Notes: generated from the sequence alone by a model not told the origin. Shown: positions 35,909-50,383, counted from the stretch's first letter. The stretch: 64,000 bases of DNA from Eledone cirrhosa (GCA_964016885.1 OZ024756.1:30504001-30568000); one strand, 5' to 3'. Program-made: numbers and translations.

Positions 35909-36444
35909 TTTGAGACTTTCTAACAATATACTAACGGCTAAGTGGTCGCTTTAGAAACAATAATGACATGTTCTATATTGGGCTTATATTAGAAGCCAAT
36001 TGTTGTACAGACGAGTTTAATAAAGTAATTAATTTAATAGGAGGTCCTTAAGTATAAAATATTCGATTTCCTAAAGCACTTTCAAGTCGAAATAAGATAT
36101 TCTATATTTAATGACTTGATACATTGTTTCAAATGTCTAGTATTTTTCGAAATGATTAGAAATATGGTAGCATAACAGTTAACTCAACATCAGTACTTGA
36201 ATGCTACATTATTTCAACAGGTCCCAGAATGCTGGTTGTTACCGTTTATCTCTGCACGATTTAAACGCAGAACGTAAAGTGTCGTAAATAAATAGCTAAA
36301 GAGTAATTTTGTTCCAAGTACTAACAATAACAAAGATAATACTAATAACAATATTGATAGGTAGAAATGGAATATATATCGTATCATTTAACCACGTTAA
36401 AGCATCAATATCTTCAGATGATAGATGAATAAGCACCGATTATA

Positions 36445-36530
<86 letters not shown>

Positions 36531-36560
36531 TATTCATATATATATATATATATATGAATA

Positions 36561-36601
<41 letters not shown>

Positions 36602-36632
36602 GCATATTCATAAATATATCTGTATATACACA

Positions 36633-36675
<43 letters not shown>

Positions 36676-37077
36676 AAATGGGATTTACATGTTAATATAT
36701 CCATTGCTAGTTGTGTTTCATTACACACGATTTCTAAATCTAACTTCATAGCCTGGTAGCAGTATCTACGCAACGTTGGAAGGAGAAGATTTGATCGCAT
36801 GAAATATAAGAAGTAATTTATTGTTTCCCTATCAGTATTTTTAATATAGTTTTGTGCAATAAAATCAGCTTCAAACGGATTTAAAAGGCTTCCAAGCCAT
36901 TAAAGCGAACAGAATTTGCTATAATAATCCTTAAGTGTTGGAGATATTTATCGTTCCCCATCAGCTATACGTCCAATCCTATATATATATACATATATAT
37001 GTGGGTGTGTATGAACTGTGTGTGTGTGTGCGTGTGTTTATAAATATGTAGATGAATAGATAGATACACACATATAT

Positions 37078-37155
<78 letters not shown>

Positions 37156-37164
37156 CGCACATAT

Positions 37165-37217
<53 letters not shown>

Positions 37218-37572
37218 TATATGTGCGTTTGCATAAATAGGTATATTAAATAAATAATCATATCTTATGAATAGATATATGATAGCATTGTTTGCATGAA
37301 AAAATACAAAGATTCACACGTGCTGAGGATCACATACGTATATGCATAAAGACATGTGCGTGTATAAATGTATATATATATATACAAACATGTGCGTGTA
37401 TAAATGTATATATATATATATATACAAACACACACAATCACAAACTCACGCGCACACACACACAGGTACACACACACGTACACACAAACACATATATATA
37501 TATATATATAGATAAATAAATATATATATATATATATATATGCATATATACATATAAATTTATATATATATA

Positions 37573-37705
37573 TAACGAAGGAGTTGTGGTAAGGAACCAG
37601 ATGGACCATAACGCGCCAGAGTACTCAATACTTAGGGTAGTAGAGTGGCTAATAGGAAAATATATATATAGGAAAGTATATATATATATTAATATATATA
37701 TATGC

Positions 37706-37764
<59 letters not shown>

Positions 37765-37811
37765 AAGAATGAAACAGTTCTAGTCCTGTCGAATCTCATC
37801 TATATTAAAAC
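37573..37811. mobile_element. Family A tail fragment (37573-37660) and family C fragment (37763-37811) within (TA)n
   Basis: Homology to 12355-12438 and 28995-29041. Confidence 0.75.
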
Positions 37812-37900
<89 letters not shown>

Positions 37901-38099
37901 CGAGAGAGAGAGAGAGACAGAGTGGGAGAATGTGGAGAGGTATGGGGAGAAGAGAAACAAAGACAGTGAGCAAGATAGATAAATATATAGACAGATATAT
38001 AATATATATATACCCAATAATTCTAATTAACTCAATAAATGTATTGGATATTGGATACAGCCATAATTTTGTTAACAGAAATCAAACATCCGAACAGAA

Positions 38100-38149
<50 letters not shown>

Positions 38150-38165
38150 ATGTATATATATGTAT

Positions 38166-38199
<34 letters not shown>

Positions 38200-38738
38200 G
38201 ATTATCTATTCGTTTTGGATTTGAAACCGCGGTAAGGGCACATATATTAAGTACACTGAATTTTTAAAAATTTATTGTAAGATTTTTCCAAATTTTTGCA
38301 TTCCCTTGATTTTATATATATGTATATATATATCTAATAACTGCATATACATATATACAGATACAAAGCATATACACATGCACACATACAACTCAAATCA
38401 TCCACATCCACACATACAATAACATCCATATCAACACATGCACGCATACATACATATCTACCTAGTTGATGTTGTGTAAATTCCAATGAGAGAGTCTTGT
38501 GTCTATGTTAGAAACCGACTCTCTCTCTATTGGTAAAACTTTGTGAAATTATAAAACCAGAAGAACATACATACATACATGCATACATCCATACATTTAT
38601 CTGATGCATGCCTATATATTTGAGAATGCTTTTAATTAACATAAAGCCGAAATTATTTTACAATATAACAAACAAATTTTATTAGGTTATTTATACATTA
38701 AGTGCAAAATGAAAAGAAGAAAATCGGGAATCTAATTT

Positions 38739-38776
<38 letters not shown>

Positions 38777-38840
38777 TATCATCACCATCGTGATTATCAC
38801 CATCAAGCTTTGTTAGATATATTAATTGTTTCTATTTTGT

Positions 38841-39003
38841 ACCGATACTGCCAACCCACCGCCCTTAGATATATTAATTGTTTCTACTTTTGGCACAAGG
38901 CCAGCAATTACCCCAGTGCATTACTGGTACTTTAAATATCGACCCCGTAAGGACGAAAGGCAAAGTTAACCTCGGCGGGATTTGAACTCAGACCGTAAAG
39001 GGT
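38841..39003 (-). mobile_element. SINE S partial tandem (head of one unit next to body of another)
   Basis: accgatactgccaacccaccgccc followed by the SINE 3' end and core. Confidence 0.8.
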
Positions 39004-39864
39004 CCAGCATGGCCTAAGATATGTGGGATTTTAGTCTCAAGACCATAGGCCTATGTGTTGAGGTTGAGGAAACAACAAACAGTCCAAAATGAGGTTTTAA
39101 CTCTCCTTTTTTTATATCTTTATGTCTCGTTCTTTCTCTCTCCATCTCCCTATCCCTCTCTCTCCCTCTACCTCGCCCACTCTCACCCTCTCTTTCCATA
39201 TCCCTCCCTCTCCCTCTCTCTCTACCTCTCTCCCTCTCTCTCCATCTCCCTATCCCTCTCTCTCCCTCTACCTCTCACTCTCTTTCCATCTCGCTCTTCC
39301 TCACTCTCCCTCTCTCTCTACCTCTATCCCTCTCTCTCCATCTCCCTATCCCTCTCTCTCCCTCTACCTCTCACTCTCTTTCCATCTCGCTCTTCCTCCC
39401 CCTCTACCTCTCTTCCTCTCTCTCTCTCCATCTCTCTATCCCTCCTCTCACCATCTCTCCTCCATCTCCCACTCCCTCTCTGTCCCTCTCTCTCTCTCTC
39501 TCCAACTCTCTCCCTTTGCTCTGAAAGAAATCAGCTGTGTCCAGAATATAAATGAATATGAATGAACTTCGCTAGATTTAAATGGCCAAGACACTTCGAA
39601 CGTTACAACAGCAAACCAAACACTCTATTGCCAGTTTTGTGTCCATTCATGAATGGATGGATGGGTGGATATTAGCATATATTCCATATATTACACACAT
39701 TGCATAATCTTTTCATAGTTCTGACGTATAATCTACATATGTTTTGTTTCTGCTCTCATTTCATTTCATATTCAAGTCAATTTCTGTACATTTTTCTTAC
39801 AATTCTCAGCAGTTTTCACACCAATGTTAATGGCGACCCACTGTTTAAATGACTTTAATTTCTT

Positions 39865-40215
39865 TCTCCTTCTCTTTATCTTTCTCACTCTCTTTTTCTT
39901 TCCTTCTCTTTATCTTTCTTGCTCACTCTTTTTCTTTCTTTCTCGTAATCTTTCTATCTCAATCTCTTTTTCTTTCCTTCTCTTTATCTTTCTTGCTCAC
40001 TCTTTTTCTTTCCTTCTCTTTATCTTTCTTGCTCACTCTTTTTCTTTCCTTCTCTTTATCTTTCTTGCTCACTCTTTTTCTTTCTTTCTCGTAATCTTTC
40101 TATCTCAATCTCTTTTTCTTTCCTTCTCTTTATCTTTCTTGCTCACTCTTTTTCTTTCCTTCTCTTTATCTTTCTTGCTCACTCTTTTTCTTTCTTTTTC
40201 TTTATCTTTCTGTCT
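39865..40215. repeat. 36 bp pyrimidine-rich minisatellite
   Basis: Unit TCTTTTTCTTTCCTTCTCTTTATCTTTCTTGCTCAC repeated several times. Confidence 0.85.
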
Positions 40216-40839
40216 CACTCTCTTTTCTTTCTCACTCTCTTTATCTTTTTTCTCTCTCTCTATCTTTCTTTCTCTCTCTCTCTCTGTATCTGCCTGTCTG
40301 TCTGTATGTATGTCTATGTATGTCTCTCCCCCTCTCTCTTGCTCTCCTCTTCTCTGTCTATCTGCCCCCCCCCCTCTTCTTCTCTTCTTCTCTTTCTTTC
40401 TCCTTCTCCTTCCCCCCTCTCTATCTGTCTACATTTCTGTCTGTCTCCCTGTCTATTTGTCTATCTGTTTCTCCCCCCCTCTCTCTCTCTCTTTCTTGAT
40501 CTCTCCTTTGCTTCTTTCTCTCTCTCTCCCTCTCTCTCTCTCTCTCTTTCTCTCTGTCTCTCTCTCTCTTTCTTTCCAATGATGTCGTTCATCCTCTCTC
40601 TGACTGCACCTGATTCTGTCTCTTTCTCTCAACCTCTCTCACTCAATCTCTCACACACTATCTCTCACCCCCTCTCTCTCTCATACTTTCTCTCTCTCTC
40701 TCTCTCTACTCTCTCCCTCTTCCCCCTCTCTCTCATGCTCTCTCTCTCAAACACACTAATAATCTTACTCAAGATGAATTAATTAAATTGTGTTGGGAAT
40801 GTAATGATACGACTTGGTTTAAATGCAGCTGCTGCTTCA

Positions 40840-41735
40840 GCTGTTGTTGTTGCTGTTGTTGTTGGTGGTGGTGGTCGTGTTGTTGGTGTTGCTGTTGTTG
40901 TTGTTGTTGCTGTTGTTGTTGTTGTTGGTGTTGTTGTTGGTGTTGCTGTTATTGTTGTTGGTGTTGTTGTTGTTGCTGTTGTTGTTGTTGTTGGTGGTGG
41001 TGTTGTTGGTGTTGATGTTGTTGTTGGTGTTGTTGTTGGTGGTGGTGGTCGTGTTGTTGGTGTTGCTGTTATTGTTGTTGATGTTGTTGTTGGTGTTGCT
41101 GTTATTGTTGTTGGTGTTGTTGTTGGTGTTGCTGTTATTGTTGTTGGTGTTGTTTTTGGTGTTGCTGTTATTGTTGTTGGTGTTGTTATTGTTGTTGCTG
41201 TTATTGTTGTTGGTGTTGTTGTTGTTGGTGTTGTTGTTGGTGTTTCTGTTATTGTTGTTGGTGTTGTTGTTGGTTTGTTGTTATTGTTGTTGGTGTTGTT
41301 GTTGGTGTTGCTGTTATTGTTGTTGGTGTTGTTGGTGTTGTTGTTGGTGTTGCTGTTATTGTTGTTGGTGTTGTTGTTGTTGTTGTTGTTGTTGGTGTTT
41401 CTGTTATTGTTGTTGGTGTTGTTGTTGGTGTTGTTGTTGGTTTGTTGTTATTGTTGTTGGTGTTGTTGTTGGTGGTGCTGTTATTGTTGTTGTTGTTGTT
41501 GTTGGTGTTGTTGTTGGTGTTGCTGTTATTGTTGTTGGTGTTGTTGTTGGTGTTGCTGTTATTGTTGTTGGTGTTGTTGTTGGTGGTGTTGTTGTTGATG
41601 TTGCTGTTATTGTTGTTGGTGTTGTCGTTGTTGGTGTTGTTGTTGGTGTTGTTGTTATTGTTGTTGGTGTTGTTGTTGGTGTTGTTGTTATTGTTGTTGG
41701 TGTTGTTGTTGGTGTTGCTGTTATTGGTGTTGTTT
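40840..41735. repeat. Compound (GTT/GGT/GCT/ATT)n repeat with a ~30 nt higher-order unit
   Basis: GTTGGTGTTGCTGTTATTGTTGTTGGTGTT recurs. Confidence 0.9.
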
Positions 41736-41929
41736 TTTTATTAGTGATAACTTTGGCCATTTTGTTGTTTTTATTGTTGGTGAAGTTGATGATGGTGGTA
41801 TGGATGATAGTGATGATGATGGTGATGATCGTGATGATGGTGGTGGTGATGGGGGTACGTATGATAGTGATATGATGATGATGATGGTGATGGTGGTGGT
41901 AATCATGATCATCAATGAAATCATTATTA

Positions 41930-42920
41930 TTGTTATTATTGTTCTTTGAGTCTCAGTCATTGATGTTAGTTAACTGGAAAGTTTGTTGAAATAAATATCA
42001 AGCCACTACCTGCAACCTCAGATATTCAGGAGGTATCGGAGGGTTCTTGCTGTTCCCAGCAAGCATGCCTTTTGAAGTGTTCCAAAAAGCGGGGCTGGAG
42101 TAATCTTCTTTAACCATCCTTGGAAACTCTTTGAGATAGTATCTAGTGCGCCTATAACAATCAGGACCACTTTGACTTCATGGCAGTTCCAAATCCTTTT
42201 TAACTCCCGCTTTAAGTCCTGGTATCGGTTAATTTTCTCCTTCTCTTTTCTTGCACTCTCGTGTCAAATGGGCAGGCTGCATCTACAATCAGGCACGATC
42301 TTTTTTCCTTGTCCCAAACCACCAAGTCAGGTCTATTGTGTTCCAGTTTCTTGTCCGTCTGTATCCTAAAATCCCACAGCACCTTCACCTGATCGTTTCT
42401 ATCACCGACTCTGGCTTATGCTCATACCACTTCTCAGAATGTGGTAAATTGTTTACTTTGCATAGGTGCCAGTGGATCACCCTGCCCATCACATCATGTC
42501 TCCAGCTTTTATAGTGAGTCTGGGCTAGGTATTTACACTCGGATACAATGTGAGCCACAGTCTCCTCTCTCTCTCCACAGATCCTACACAGTGGGCTAGC
42601 CTCCTCCTTGTAAATATGGTGTTTCAGCCACTTCGTTTTGAGGGCCTGCTCTTGCGCAGCCATTAGCATTCCTTCTGTAGCCTTTTTAAGGTCTCCTCTT
42701 TTCAACCAGTTCCATGTCTGTGGATCTCTGAATTCAGTTTTCCCAAAGAAGGTACTATGAAGGGATTTTTCATGAAGGTTGCTCTTTCTCCTTGTTGTTA
42801 TTCCTCCTTGGACATCCCCTGGTCTATTGTCCTCTCCTTCAGTACAATTTTGAGCATTGGCTCCCTACTATCAGTCACGTATTTGTGTTGGTTGTTTTTC
42901 TCCATCTGAACACAGTCCTC
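41930..42920 (-). mobile_element. 5'-truncated R4/Dong-like non-LTR retrotransposon (CCHC zinc knuckle + restriction-like endonuclease), frameshifted
   Basis: LKKATEGMLMAAQEQAL..CRICGEREETVAHIVSEC..RHD..LWDFRIQTD..HNRPDLVV..IVDAACPFD..KINRYQDL..QKACLLGTARTLR, stop at 42018-42020, 3' end in (TAA/CAA)n. Confidence 0.88.
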
Positions 42921-43244
42921 TATGCTGATGGTGATGGTGATGATGATGATGATGATTACAATGACAATGTTAATAATGATGATGGTGATGATGATGATGA
43001 CAATGATAAAGATGATGATGACAATGATGATGACAAGTGTGATAATGATGATGATGTATGTCTGGAGAGATTATATGTTCCATATATGGTATTAAATGGA
43101 AGACATAGATAAAGACAACGATAACAAAACAAATATAATAACACGAACAAAAAATAATAAAAAAAAATCGAGGAGAAAATCTTACAATTGCGAAATTGGT
43201 AAAAATTATAATGCCTGCCATTATAGTTTCTTGTCACATGACTA

Positions 43245-43960
43245 TAATGATGATGGTGATGGTGATGATGATGGTGGCGGTGGTGATGATGGTGGTGATG
43301 GTGGGGATGGTGGTGATGATGGTAATGATGATGGTGGTGGTGGCGATGATGGTGGTGGTGATGGTGGTGGTGATGGTGGGGATGGTGGTGATGACGGTGA
43401 TGATGATGGTGGTGGTGTTGGTGGTGATGGTGGTAATGGTGGTGATGATGATGGTTGTGGTGGTGGTGGTGATGGTGGTAATGATGATGGTGGTGGTGGC
43501 GATGATGGTGGTGGTGATGGTGGTGGTGGTGATGGTGGGGATGGTGGTGATGATGGTGATGATGATGGTGGTAGTGGTGGTGGTGATGGTGGGGATGGTG
43601 GTGATGATGGTAATGATGATGGTGATGGTGGCGATGATGGTGGTGGTGATGGTGGTGGTGATGGTGGGGATGGTGGTGATGACGGTGATGATGATGGTGG
43701 TAGTGGTGGTGATGGTGGTAATGATGATGGCTATGGTGGTGATGGTGGTGATGGTGGTGATGGTGATGGTTGTGGTGGTGATGGTGGTGGTGTTGGTGGT
43801 GATGGTGGTAATGGTGGTGATGATGATGGTTGTGGTGGTGATCGTGGTGCTGGTGGTGCTGGTGGTAATGATGACGGTGGCGGTGGTGATGGTGGTGGCG
43901 GTGATGGTGGTGATGATGGTGATGATAGTGATGTTGTTAATGGTGGTGATGTGGTAGTGG

Positions 43961-44019
<59 letters not shown>

Positions 44020-44133
44020 GTGTTGTTGTTAATGATGGCGGTGATGGTGATGATAATAGTGTGATGGTGGGTATGTTGATGATGATGGTGATGATGATGA
44101 TGATGATGATGATGGTGGGGATGTTGGTAATTG

Positions 44134-44185
<52 letters not shown>

Positions 44186-44312
44186 AATGCTGATGGTGAT
44201 GGTGGCGATGGAGGTAAGGAAGATGATAATGATGTTGGTGAAGCTGATGATAATGATGTTGTTAATGAGGGCGGCGATGATGGCGATGATGGCGATGATG
44301 GTGATGGTCATG

Positions 44313-44354
<42 letters not shown>

Positions 44355-44355
44355 C
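43245..44355. repeat. Compound (GGT/GAT)n microsatellite
   Basis: Direct reading. Confidence 0.9.
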
Positions 44356-44518
44356 AATCTAGAAAACTCTAGAATCTTGTTCGGCATTACTGCTTCTTAA
44401 CACTCATAATAATTTTCGTGTTGCTGGCTTCACTCTTCTTTTTTTTATCTTTTTTTCTATCTCTATTAATATATTCATTTATATATTTATTCCTGACTAG
44501 ACAATGAAATATACATAG

Positions 44519-44667
<149 letters not shown>

Positions 44668-44685
44668 TACATACATACATATATA

Positions 44686-45330
<645 letters not shown>

Positions 45331-45342
45331 TTATACACACAG

Positions 45343-45479
<137 letters not shown>

Positions 45480-45864
45480 TATATATATATATATTGATAT
45501 ACACACCCGTGCAGAAGACAATGATACACCAGTGAAGAAGAAGAATGCAAGAGTAAAAACGAATGAGATTAAAACTGTACGGAAACAGTGGCTTTCAGCA
45601 TTTCATATCGATCAACGTCTGATAAATTTTCTTTCGTGTTTTTGTTCTGTTTGCTGTCTGTTCTGCTCGGTGAAAAATGCGGCAAAATGGCAGAGTTGGG
45701 TTGAGTGTCGTGGATTAAGTGCCTGCATATTTGTTCCGGCTCAGTACTCTTTGAGTTCAATTTCCTCGAAGCCAATTTTGTATTTCATTTATTTTTTCTT
45801 CCGATTTTGATCAATGAAGTGCCATTCGCGTAATACCCTCTCTCTTTCTCGTTCTTTCTGTATT

Positions 45865-45916
<52 letters not shown>

Positions 45917-46089
45917 TCATTTTCTCTCTCTCTACTTTCTCTCTCACTTTCTCTAAAGTATAAGTCAGACTAACTAAAATATGTTTTTGTCTGAGTGGCT
46001 TATACTCCCATTACATAGAGTTATTCTCACTTAAATATTAATATAATATATAATATTCCCTTCTCTGAGTGATATCTTATCTAAATATT

Positions 46090-46243
46090 TTATCCACTCC
46101 TGCGTTAGCTCGGATCTAGCTTTCGAAACGGCCAGAGCTCAGATGTCGGAGTCCTGACTCTTTTCCTATTACCTACACTACTACACTAAGTATCGAGTAC
46201 TCTGGTACGTTATGGTCCACCTGGTTTCTTACCACACTTTCAT
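46090..46243 (+). mobile_element. Diverged family A subfamily copy without fold-back
   Basis: tcgaaacggccagagctcagatgtcggagtc..gagtactctggtacgttatggtccacctgg; the sister subfamily copy at 51022-51177 is folded back. Confidence 0.7.
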
Positions 46244-46649
46244 ATATTTATATGTAGCTATATACAGTATGTTTACAATAAACATTTCCAAGCCATTTAG
46301 CTATGAATTCTCGGAACCATTTACAAACAGAATATTGTTAAATGTTATAATTGGGATCGTGAAGCGAAGATGTATTGCCGCCTCTTCCATTGTTTCCATA
46401 ATCTGAAAGGAATATTAATGATATAGAATAAGATAGAGTAGTCGGTCTTTCAAAGTCATTCCAACAGCTGCATCCTCCGTTAAAAAGGTGTATGTGTCTA
46501 TAAACTGGCATCTAGGTCTTGGCATAGAGAGTATATGTTTTTCATCTTGAAAGATACGACATTATGAGAGGTCCGACAATTCTATAGGTTATGTAAGTCG
46601 ACAGCTATATTATATATATATGTATATATACATATGTATATATATATAC

Positions 46650-46804
<155 letters not shown>

Positions 46805-46990
46805 TGTATATATATATATATACATATATATATATGTGTGCGTGTGTGTGCGTGTGTCTGTGTGTGTGTGTGTGTGAAATACATACAAACACCCACAAAT
46901 ACATACATATACAGGCACCATGGCCTCAGCCGAATGGTTGGAACAGGTAAAACAGTAAAAGAGTAATATATATATACACACACATATATA

Positions 46991-47079
<89 letters not shown>

Positions 47080-47081
<2 letters not shown>

Positions 47082-47128
47082 TTCTACAGGACTAGAACTG
47101 TTTCATTCTTGAGAAATCATCAGGAATC
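47080..47128 (-). ncRNA. Type I hammerhead ribozyme motif (family C, inverted arm)
   Basis: GATTC-CTGATGA-tTTCtcaaGAAt-GAA-ACAG-ttctagtc-CTGT-A-GAATC. Confidence 0.75.
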
Positions 47129-47139
47129 TGCGAAGAACC

Positions 47140-47188
47140 GATTCCTGATGATTTCTCAAGAATGAAACAGTTCTATTCCTGTAGAATC
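47140..47188 (+). ncRNA. Type I hammerhead ribozyme motif (family C, sense arm)
   Basis: GATTC-CTGATGA-tTTCtcaaGAAt-GAA-ACAG-ttctattc-CTGT-A-GAATC; GUA triplet at 47181-47183. Confidence 0.75.
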
Positions 47189-47286
47189 TCATGTATATTA
47201 AAACTTTTATACTCTGATATGTATTGAGTACCTTACTTACTGTGGTTACCTCCGATTCAAACCGGAATAATTCACCTTATATATAT

Positions 47287-47370
<84 letters not shown>

Positions 47371-48083
47371 TTATGAGTAACTTTACAACATCGAAAGCAA
47401 AATATAGGTGAGGCATAATGTATGATTAAATTATATAATATAATTGTTATCTCGTCCACCATGAATGTAAATACGATGTAGATATTATACAGTAGATTAT
47501 ATCACCTAGCTTCTCTCTTATTCTACTTTCATTTTTATATTTATGCTTCTGTTATGATTATGTCTTTGATCTTAAGAGCCAATATTGATTTCTAATATTG
47601 GCGCAATTGATGGTCGCTGTAATGGCGGACACAGTATCTTGCAGTGTTTGGTGGCGTTCTTTTACTTTCTTTGTTATAATATTCTTGAGGTCGACGTTTT
47701 ATTTTATACAATGATGATAAATAATCATGGACCCTCCGTTGAGTTCGACAATAACCGAGCAGTTATTCAATCAGCTCTTTAAAGTAATGTGTAAAGGGTT
47801 GAACATTTCGCAAGCTCATGGAGATTATTCATTGAAATCAGCATGAGGAAATATGTGTCAAAGCTGATATTTTAAATTCTGGGTACACATTATTATAGTA
47901 AACACTTGAGATAGATTTAATCGATTTTCCCCTCCCATAAAATTGTTTGCCTTGCGCCTATATCAGAAACTATTAATGCTATGTTATATTACTGCATGGG
48001 TATGATTATATACATAATTAAAATATATATGTCTTGAATCTATATAAAGATGACAAGGTAGACAATATGCGAAAGATTAGATC

Positions 48084-48500
48084 AATAATTGTTTCTACTT
48101 TTGGCACAATGCTAGCAATTATACCGGTGCATTACCGGTACCTTATTTTATCGACCCTGTAAGGATGAAAGGCAAAGTCAACCGCGGCGGAAGTTGAACT
48201 CAGAAAGTGAAGGGCCGTACTCTATACTGCAAATCATGGTGTCTGACGCTCTACGGATTCTCCCCAATCCACTCCCAATAATGATTTCTACTATACGCAC
48301 GAGGTCAGCAATTTGGAGAGAAGGGAAAGTCGATTAAATCGACCTCAGTACATCACTGGTGCATAATTTTATCGACCCCATAAGGATGAAAGGCAAAGTT
48401 AACCTCTTCGGTATTTGAACTCATAACGTAAAGGGCCATACTCGATGCTGTAAAGCTTGGTGTCTGACGCTCTACGGATACTGCCAATCCACTCCCAATA
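48084..48500 (-). mobile_element. Two tandem SINE S copies (48084-48277, 48278-48500)
   Basis: Both contain taaggatgaaaggcaaagt and end in ccaatccactcccaataat. Confidence 0.85.
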
Positions 48501-48504
48501 ATAT

Positions 48505-48628
48505 GAGGTAGAACGGTGTGATGGAATGATCTCTAGCATGTAGAACCATAGGCGAAAGCCGCCTTATGGTCCGACCAGACAAGATGGAGAATGTTTGTCG
48601 CGGATGCTGATGAGAGACGCACGGAAAT

Positions 48629-48632
<4 letters not shown>
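48505..48632 (+). mobile_element. Probable LINE 3' end fragment
   Basis: DQTRWRMFVADADERR resembles the DRxxWR C-terminal motif of RTE-like ORFs. Confidence 0.4.
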
Positions 48633-48699
<67 letters not shown>

Positions 48700-48705
<6 letters not shown>

Positions 48706-48949
48706 GGAGGTGAGTTTTATTGTAGTACAATAAAGCAATGCAGATATCGGATAAGAAGCACTCTACAGTTTGTAGGACTGGGAGTATGCATAATATAAGA
48801 TCAAAAGATGGTTAAAGGAGTTCCATGTATTTTATTATGCGCATTTCATGTTTTATCTGATGAAAACACAAATATTATTGCATGATGATGTTTGTTTTTG
48901 AAATGCGCATAATAAAATACATGGAACTCCTTTAACCATCTTTTGATCT

Positions 48950-48955
<6 letters not shown>
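48700..48955. mobile_element. Fold-back element, family B
   Basis: Reverse tail 48700-48790, inverted arm to 48848, then sense arm with complete HHR to 48955. Confidence 0.85.
48851..48917 (+). ncRNA. Type I hammerhead ribozyme motif (family B)
   Basis: TTTTAT-CTGATGA-AAAcACAAATATTAT..ATGATGTTTGTTTTT-GAA-ATGCGCAT-A-ATAAAA; palindromic stem III. Confidence 0.82.
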
Positions 48956-49011
<56 letters not shown>

Positions 49012-49455
49012 CAGCTCACGGGGATCGCTTCTGCAGGTTGCCAACTCTGCCCTGATAGAAATGGGTAAAGAGTTGATCCGGTGTCCAAAAACTTCCGTTA
49101 GTCTGCACAGAGACAGAGACATCATTTCTGTATTGCGAATGTAAATCTCACTTGAAGACGATTCTTTCTTTACTATTGTTAAGGGAGTCAATAATACAAA
49201 GCCCAGACAACAATTAAGGTTAATCTAATCGAGTGTAACATAGCTGAAACTGTTTGACCTTTGCGCTTAACTTAGAGATCGTTATATATAGTTTATTTAG
49301 AATGATTTATTTATTGTTCTCAACGAAATCAAAATGACCGAACAGACGTCACTGCATTTAAACTCACCTACTTCAAAAGGTTAAAGTCGCAGACGAAACG
49401 AAATTAGTAATAAACATAGACAAATACGAATATATATATATGTGTGTGTGTGTGC

Positions 49456-49511
<56 letters not shown>

Positions 49512-49527
49512 AATGTGTGTCTGTGGT

Positions 49528-49591
<64 letters not shown>

Positions 49592-50113
49592 CACACACTC
49601 ATACACACACACACACACATACACACACATACACACACACACACCACACACACACACATATATATATGCATTTCTTTTCTTTTAGAAATTAGAGACACTC
49701 TGTCTAAACCCTCATATTTCCTCTCTCTCTTTCTCACTCTCTTTGAAAAGTATTTTTCTCTTAATGTGTGTAGGATGCTTTATACATTTTATGAATCGAT
49801 AAATCAATAGAAATAGTATTTTTCAACGAATTACCAATCGATTTTAAATTCTAAGTCACACCATTTAAATTTCTAGATTTTTAATATTATTTGTTGCTCG
49901 AGCAGCGAGCTGACATCAATAACACACCGATTAATCAGTCTAAAATATCAATATTTCCACTGTTTTTATTTTTCATCTAGTTATTTTTATTGTTTTTAGT
50001 AATGTTTTTGGTTCTTTATAATTATTTTCACTACTTCTCCAGTCCATTATCTGTCCCTGTCTGTCTGTTCGGACTTTCAATCTGTATATGTATATTTATA
50101 TATATATATTTAA

Positions 50114-50159
<46 letters not shown>

Positions 50160-50190
50160 AATTCAGAAACGAAATATATATATATATATA

Positions 50191-50372
50191 GTTTTGCGAG
50201 GTTTTTTACATGAAATCGTGTGTCGATACAAAGATTGTTATGCTTGGGGAGGGTCATATTTGTGTAATAATATTGCCAGAATTAATAACAGAACACACTC
50301 ACTGTGAGTGTGTTCTGTTATTAATTCTGGCAATATTATTACACAAATATGACCCTCCCCAAGTATAACAAT
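50191..50372 (-). mobile_element. Fold-back element, family E
   Basis: 69 bp arms 50234-50302 / 50304-50372 with a 1 nt loop and 1 mismatch, plus tail 50191-50233. Confidence 0.85.
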
Positions 50373-50383
50373 ATATATATATA

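Larger units (their letters stand above)
47077..47277 (+). mobile_element. Fold-back element, family C
   Basis: Inverted arms 47077-47128 / 47140-47191 plus tail; (TA)n on both sides. Confidence 0.85.

Noticed and set aside
40840-41760. Mucin-like Thr/Pro-rich ORF on the minus strand
   Set aside because: The frame breaks near 41275 and 41440, there is no signal peptide or flanking domain, and it grades into plain microsatellite
48601-48635. CTGATGA..GAAA as a hammerhead
   Set aside because: No stem I or II pairing; the sequence reads better as a LINE C-terminal coding relic
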